A DNA stretch of 64,000 nt from Candidatus Latescibacterota bacterium (GTDB lineage Bacteria > Latescibacterota > UBA2968): assembly GCA_965204745.1 (NCBI GenBank), contig OZ242010.1, positions 2,944,001 to 3,008,000 on the forward strand, written 5' to 3'. The notes beneath the pieces were generated by a model. It saw nothing but the letters and a program-made list of their open reading frames with translations. It was not told the DNA's origin and did no database searches. Made by a program: the position numbers and the translations under genes. Positions 59,120-64,000 of the stretch are shown here, piece by piece; within the stretch, counting starts at the first letter, position 1, and every line of letters begins with the position of its first letter.

Positions 59120-60091
59120 ATGAAACTCGCGACGTATGTCGTTGACAATCGAGAAGCCATTGGCGCGGTGGTCGCAGATGACGCGCTGATCGTCGATCTC
59201 GTTGCTGCAGATGGCGCGTTGGCGCGACTGCAAAACCGCGAAGCGCGTCCCTTTTTCACGGATATGCTGACCCTGTTGGAGGCCGGGGCAGAAGGTCTCT
59301 CCGCGGCCGAGCAAGCTGTGGCAGATGCCGAGCAGCGGTTGAATGGCGCGCCGGATGGTCAACTCGGGTTTGCGGTCGATGCGGTCACCTTGCGCGCGCC
59401 CGTGCCCAATCCGCGCAAGGTGTTCTGCTTGGCGGGCAATTATCAGGATCACATCGAAGAAAGCGGCAACGTGAAGATGCAAATTCAGGATATGGAAACC
59501 CCGCGCGTGTTCATGAAGCCGCCAACGACGACGGTGATCGGGCCGGGGGATCACATCTCGATTCCCCCCATTGCACGCGGGGTCGATTGGGAAGGCGAGT
59601 TGGCCGTGGTGATGGGCCAAAAGGCAAAGGGCATAAAAGCCGAAAGCGCGCTGACTTACGTGGCGGGCTATACGGTGATGAACGATGTTTCCGAGCGCAT
59701 GTTGCAGATCAAACAGCGCACGGACAGTCGCCCGCGCGATGACTGGTTCGATTGGCTGAACGGCAAATGGTTAGATACGTTCGCGCCCCAAGGCCCGTGG
59801 CTGGTCACCGCCGATGAAATCCCCGATCCGCAGGTGCTCGACATCAGTACCTATGTGAATGGCGACCGCAAGCAACACAACAACACGGGGCAGATGTTGT
59901 ATCCAGTGCATAAAATCATCGAGTACATCTCGGCGATTATCACGCTCGAGCCCGGAGATCTGATCAGCACGGGGACGATTTCGGGCGTGGGCAATACGAC
60001 GGGGACGTACATGCAACCGGGCGACCAGGTGGAGATCGAGATTTCGGGCATCGGCCGATTGCAAAACCCCGTGGCGGCGAGTGAGAAATAG
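59120..60091 (+). CDS. Fumarylacetoacetate hydrolase family protein
   Basis: GNYQDH, DWEGELAVV, NDVSER, TLEPGDLISTGT. Confidence 0.93.
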   Translation: MKLATYVVDNREAIGAVVADDALIVDLVAADGALARLQNREARPFFTDMLTLLEAGAEGLSAAEQAVADAEQRLNGAPDGQLGFAVDAVTLRAPVPNPRKVFCLAGNYQDHIEESGNVKMQIQDMETPRVFMKPPTTTVIGPGDHISIPPIARGVDWEGELAVVMGQKAKGIKAESALTYVAGYTVMNDVSERMLQIKQRTDSRPRDDWFDWLNGKWLDTFAPQGPWLVTADEIPDPQVLDISTYVNGDRKQHNNTGQMLYPVHKIIEYISAIITLEPGDLISTGTISGVGNTTGTYMQPGDQVEIEISGIGRLQNPVAASEK

Positions 60092-60140
60092 AGTCGCTCT
60101 CGATGACTCGGGATGAAAAAAAATAAAGGAAAGGAGATCG

Positions 60141-60932
60141 ATGTCTTTTTTCATGGGCCGATTTTTTGTCGGCCTTTTCTTTATTTTGAGTGCGTGGTTG
60201 GTCGGGTGTGATTATCTCGCGCCAAAAGAGAAGGGCTATGTCACGGCTGTGGTGTTGAATTTGCGGGAGCAACCGACGACAAAGTCCCGCGTGGTGGGGC
60301 GGTTGCAGCGCGGACGCGAATTGCTGGTCATTGAACGGGGCGCCCCGTGGTTGCGCGTGCGCGCAGATGAGATGGAGGGATGGGTACACGGCCATTATGT
60401 AGGGGATGCCGCAGCCGTGCGCGCCGCATTGCAAAAAGACTTGGCGAGACGTTCAAGCGCGAGGAAAAAGCGGCCTGAGACGCGCCCGCCGCAACCCCAA
60501 CCCCCAACGCCGCAAAAGTCTGCCGATGCCCTGTCTATCGCTGGCATGATCGCGGGGATGCCCGACGATTTGGTGTTGGAGGAAATGGATGCCATCGAAG
60601 GACAATCGCGGCATATCGGCGCGACTGGCGATGGCCAAGTGGTGCTGGAGTTCTGGGGGCCAGAGTCCAATTTGTTGCGGTCCGAGATTATGGTGACCGT
60701 GCTCGGCATGTCCGATGATGCGGTGATCCGAAATGCGGAATTGGTGCGAATCTTCGTCTGCAATGCCGTGCCGCAATGGAAACGCGATGCGGGGTGGATC
60801 GCAAATTTTATGCGAGAATTGTCGAGCCGCGATGCGGGCACAGGCGGGTTTGACGCACGCGGCAAATCCGTGCGCTTCCTGTTCATCAAACCCTTGGGCG
60901 CGATCCGCGTGACTATCGAAAAAGCGTATTGA
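60141..60932 (+). CDS. SH3b-domain lipoprotein
   Basis: LVGC lipobox, LNLREQP..W..V..EGWVH. Confidence 0.8.
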   Translation: MSFFMGRFFVGLFFILSAWLVGCDYLAPKEKGYVTAVVLNLREQPTTKSRVVGRLQRGRELLVIERGAPWLRVRADEMEGWVHGHYVGDAAAVRAALQKDLARRSSARKKRPETRPPQPQPPTPQKSADALSIAGMIAGMPDDLVLEEMDAIEGQSRHIGATGDGQVVLEFWGPESNLLRSEIMVTVLGMSDDAVIRNAELVRIFVCNAVPQWKRDAGWIANFMRELSSRDAGTGGFDARGKSVRFLFIKPLGAIRVTIEKAY

Positions 60933-61004
60933 CAACCGACAGGTGATTCCCCCATATTTATGGCGAAATCACAGCGTACAGGTGGCGGGCAAAGGAGGGT
61001 TGAC

Positions 61005-61253
61005 ATGGCGAAACTGAGCATCGAGATCGCCGCTTACGAGCGCATGCGCGACGCGCTGGAAACCGATCATTTCGGCGAGTGGGTCGTCGTGCATGATGAG
61101 GAACTCATTGGAACATATCGATCATTCGAGGCCGCGGCAGGGGTTGCGATAGCGCGTTTTGGTCGCGGGCCGTACCTCATCAGGCAAGTCGGAGAGCCTC
61201 CGTTTCGGTTGCCGGCTTCTATTTTGTACAGGCGGGCCTATGGCGATAACTAA
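61005..61253 (+). CDS. Small DUF5678-like protein
   Basis: HFGEWVVVH..LIG.Y..PYLIRQVG; AAGGAGG RBS. Confidence 0.65.
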   Translation: MAKLSIEIAAYERMRDALETDHFGEWVVVHDEELIGTYRSFEAAAGVAIARFGRGPYLIRQVGEPPFRLPASILYRRAYGDN

Positions 61254-61719
61254 TTGCGGATTCAACGGTCGTCCCGATGTGTTGTTGCTCTACGGACCAA
61301 CGCTATATGTCGAGATAGGTTTTGATCCAAACTTTCGATCTGGTAGCGAAGGTCAACCCAATCTGCCGGCGGATCTGCTTCCTGCCTTGGTGGATACAGG
61401 CGCGTCCGAGAGTTGTATTGACTCGGCTCTCGCTATGAAGTTGAACTTGCCGATAGTAAACCGGATGGACATAGCAGGGCCCCAAGGGGTTAGCACAGTC
61501 AATATGCACCTCGCCCAAATATACGTTCCGACCCTGCATGTGGCGGTCTGTGGTCATTTTGCCGGCGTTCATCTCATCGCCGGCGGACAGACGCATTCCG
61601 CTCTCATTGGCAGAAGTTTCCTTCAAAATTTCACAATGATTTATGAGGGCCAAACCGGGGTTGTCACGCTCAGCAACAATCCTGAAAGAGATGGAATAGG
61701 GAAGGAACTTGGGGTCTGA
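61240..61719 (+). CDS. Retropepsin-like aspartyl protease
   Basis: ALVDTGA..SCID and ALIGRSFL. Confidence 0.85.
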   Translation: MAITNCGFNGRPDVLLLYGPTLYVEIGFDPNFRSGSEGQPNLPADLLPALVDTGASESCIDSALAMKLNLPIVNRMDIAGPQGVSTVNMHLAQIYVPTLHVAVCGHFAGVHLIAGGQTHSALIGRSFLQNFTMIYEGQTGVVTLSNNPERDGIGKELGV

Positions 61720-61759
61720 ACACGCTAGTTTTTACACCTACACATCATGCTTCGAACGC

Positions 61760-61796
61760 AAAAACGCCGAAGGCGGAACCAGCCCTCGGCATTTTG
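61760..61796 (-). terminator. Rho-independent terminator for dnaK (may be bidirectional)
   Basis: GCCGAGGGC/GCCTTCGGC stem with T-tracts on both strands. Confidence 0.75.
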
Positions 61797-61812
61797 TTAT
61801 GGCAAACAGCGG

Positions 61813-63732
61813 TTACTTTTTTTTCTCATCGACCACTTCAAAATCCGCATCCACGACGCCATCATCGCCTTGTTTGGGGCCTTCTGTCCCGCCCGGGGCG
61901 CCGCCCGGTGGGTTTTGCGGCGCGCCTTCTGTGGAGGCTTGTTGATAGAGTTCGCTGGCGACCTGATGCCACACTTGGGTGAGGTTGTCGTTGGCCGATT
62001 TGATCGCATCGACATCGTCGCCCTTGAGGGCCTCTTTGACTTTATCGACAGCTTCGGTCACTTTGGCTTTTGACGCGTCGCTGATTTTGTCGCCCATTTC
62101 CGCCATCTGTTGCTCGGTTTGATGCACCTGTTGCTCGGCCGTGTTTTTGATTTCCACGGCTTCGCGCTTCTTCTTGTCTTCGGCCGCATTGGCTTGGGCG
62201 TCTTTGACCATTTTGTCGATTTCCGCGTCGGACAGCCCAGACGAGGCTTCGATGCGGATGTTCTGCTCTTTGCCCGTGCCTTTGTCTTTGGCCGACACAT
62301 TGAGAATGCCGTTGGCGTCAATGTCAAAGGTCACTTCAATTTGCGGCACCCCGCGCGGCGCAAGTGGAATGCCATCGAGGTGGAAGCGACCAATGGTGCG
62401 GTTGTCCAGTGCCATGTCGCGTTCGCCCTGCAAGACGTGGATTTCCACAGAGGGTTGGCTGTCCGCAGCGGTTGAAAACACTTCGGTCTTTTTCGTGGGA
62501 ATGGTGGTGTTGCGGTCGATGAGGCGCGTCATCACCCCGCCCAGGGTTTCGATGCCGAGGGAGAGCGGGGTCACGTCGAGCAAGAGCACGTCGGTCACAT
62601 CGCCCGAGAGCACGCCCGCTTGGATGGCCGCGCCAATGGCGACGACTTCGTCGGGGTTGACGCCCTTGTTCGGCTCTTTGCCAAAGACTTCCGACACGAC
62701 TTGTTGCACCTTGGGAATGCGCGTGGACCCGCCCACGAGGATCACTTCGTCGATATCAGAAGCCGAAAGCCCGGCGTCTCGAATGGCTTGGATGCAGGGC
62801 TGTTTGGTGCGCTGGATCAGGTCGTCCACGAGCTGCTCGAATCGGGCGCGCGACAAGGTGACGTTGAGGTGCTTGGGCCCGGACGCATCGGCGGTGATGA
62901 ACGGCAGGTTGATGTCGGTCGATGCGGAGCTCGACAGTTCGCACTTGGCTTTTTCCGCGGCTTCTTTCAACCGCTGTAAGGCCATGGGGTCTTGGCGCAA
63001 GTCCACGCTGTTTTCCTTCAAAAATTCCTCGGCCAAGTGGTCGATGACGCGCTGATCAAAATCATCGCCGCCCAAGTGCGTGTCGCCATTGGTGGATTTG
63101 ACTTCAAAGACGCCATCCCCGAGTTCGAGGATGGAAACGTCAAACGTGCCGCCGCCAAAGTCGTACACCGCGATTTTTTCATCGCTCTTTTTGTCCAAGC
63201 CATACGCGAGGGAGGCCGCGGTGGGTTCGTTGACGATGCGCGAGACCTCGAGGCCCGCGATTTTGCCCGCGTCGTTGGTGGCCTGCCGCTGCGCGTCATT
63301 GAAATAAGCGGGCACGGTGATGACGGCTTCTGTGACCGGTTCGCCGAGGTAGTCTTCGGCGGTCTGCTTCATTTTTTGCAGCACCATCGCCGAGATCTCG
63401 GGCGGCGTATAGAGCTTGCCGTCGAGTTGCACAGACGCCAGCCCATTGGCGTCGGCCACGACCTCGTAGGGCACTTCGGAAATTTCCGTGCTCACCTCGT
63501 CGCGGCGGCGACCCATGAAGCGCTTGATCGAGTAAATGGTTTTGCTCGGATTGGTCACGGCCTGGCGTTTGGCAACCTGACCGACGAGGCGTTCCCCGTC
63601 TTGCGCGAATGCGACAATCGAGGGCGTGGTGCGCCCCCCTTCGGAATTTGGGATGACCACGGGATCGCCGCCCTCCATCACGGCGACACACGAGTTGGTC
63701 GTTCCCAAGTCAATCCCAATGACTTTGCCCAT
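61813..63732 (-). CDS. dnaK: Molecular chaperone DnaK
   Basis: [40 protein letters not shown]. Confidence 0.98.
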   Translation of the reverse strand: MGKVIGIDLGTTNSCVAVMEGGDPVVIPNSEGGRTTPSIVAFAQDGERLVGQVAKRQAVTNPSKTIYSIKRFMGRRRDEVSTEISEVPYEVVADANGLASVQLDGKLYTPPEISAMVLQKMKQTAEDYLGEPVTEAVITVPAYFNDAQRQATNDAGKIAGLEVSRIVNEPTAASLAYGLDKKSDEKIAVYDFGGGTFDVSILELGDGVFEVKSTNGDTHLGGDDFDQRVIDHLAEEFLKENSVDLRQDPMALQRLKEAAEKAKCELSSSASTDINLPFITADASGPKHLNVTLSRARFEQLVDDLIQRTKQPCIQAIRDAGLSASDIDEVILVGGSTRIPKVQQVVSEVFGKEPNKGVNPDEVVAIGAAIQAGVLSGDVTDVLLLDVTPLSLGIETLGGVMTRLIDRNTTIPTKKTEVFSTAADSQPSVEIHVLQGERDMALDNRTIGRFHLDGIPLAPRGVPQIEVTFDIDANGILNVSAKDKGTGKEQNIRIEASSGLSDAEIDKMVKDAQANAAEDKKKREAVEIKNTAEQQVHQTEQQMAEMGDKISDASKAKVTEAVDKVKEALKGDDVDAIKSANDNLTQVWHQVASELYQQASTEGAPQNPPGGAPGGTEGPKQGDDGVVDADFEVVDEKKK

Positions 63733-64000
63733 TTGAATCTCCCCTTGAGGTGAAGTGGTGCGATCAATTCGGTTCAAGGAATTAGATCGCGAGACAATGA
63801 CTGCGGCGACACGCCGCTAAAGGTAGATGAGTGCGAACCGTTGGTTGGCGTTTTCAGTTTTTGAAAAAAGGCGTCTAGCCAACCGGGAGGCTTACAAAAA
63901 AATGTATCCAAATCGTAGTTCTCGCTGTTAAATTCTACGAGTCGGACCCAATCTGCTGAATTTTCAGAACCCTCTTTCTCGCTTGCCGACAATATTCTGC

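Noticed and set aside
62141-63753. Long ORFs antisense to dnaK
   Set aside because: Well-known dnaK antisense shadow ORFs.
63811-63837. CIRCE operator upstream of dnaK
   Set aside because: Only one arm (TTCGCACTC) matches; the second arm is too divergent.

Overview
A GC-rich bacterial window; the EF-hand/dockerin-like 'FADFLxFAxxFG' module, two PhyH dioxygenases and a large GLUG/Calx-beta surface protein suggest a Latescibacterota-like, possibly sponge-associated organism (inference). Housekeeping genes are exbB/exbD, thrC, glcB, dlgD, tRNA-Gly(CCC), miaA, mutL, nadB and dnaK. There is an ECF sigma/anti-sigma/Spy-like/RND/RDD envelope locus and two small catabolic clusters. An accessory block (about 17.6-25.7 kb) holds an incomplete nuoABCD-H cluster split by an AT-richer two-gene cassette (unknown protein plus SNF2 helicase) and preceded by a membrane-protein gene of a type recalled from TIR defence loci. 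An NgoFVII/CglI-type methylase has lost most of its endonuclease next to an IS5 remnant, and at least seven genes are broken. Most intergenic spaces are filled by a small vocabulary of modular repeats (7/14/15-mer arrays, GTAG-REP-like hairpins, a nested palindromic element), and these often overlap or supply the stop codon of the upstream gene. No CRISPR array, integrase or intact transposase was seen. All calls come from reading motifs; no searches were run.
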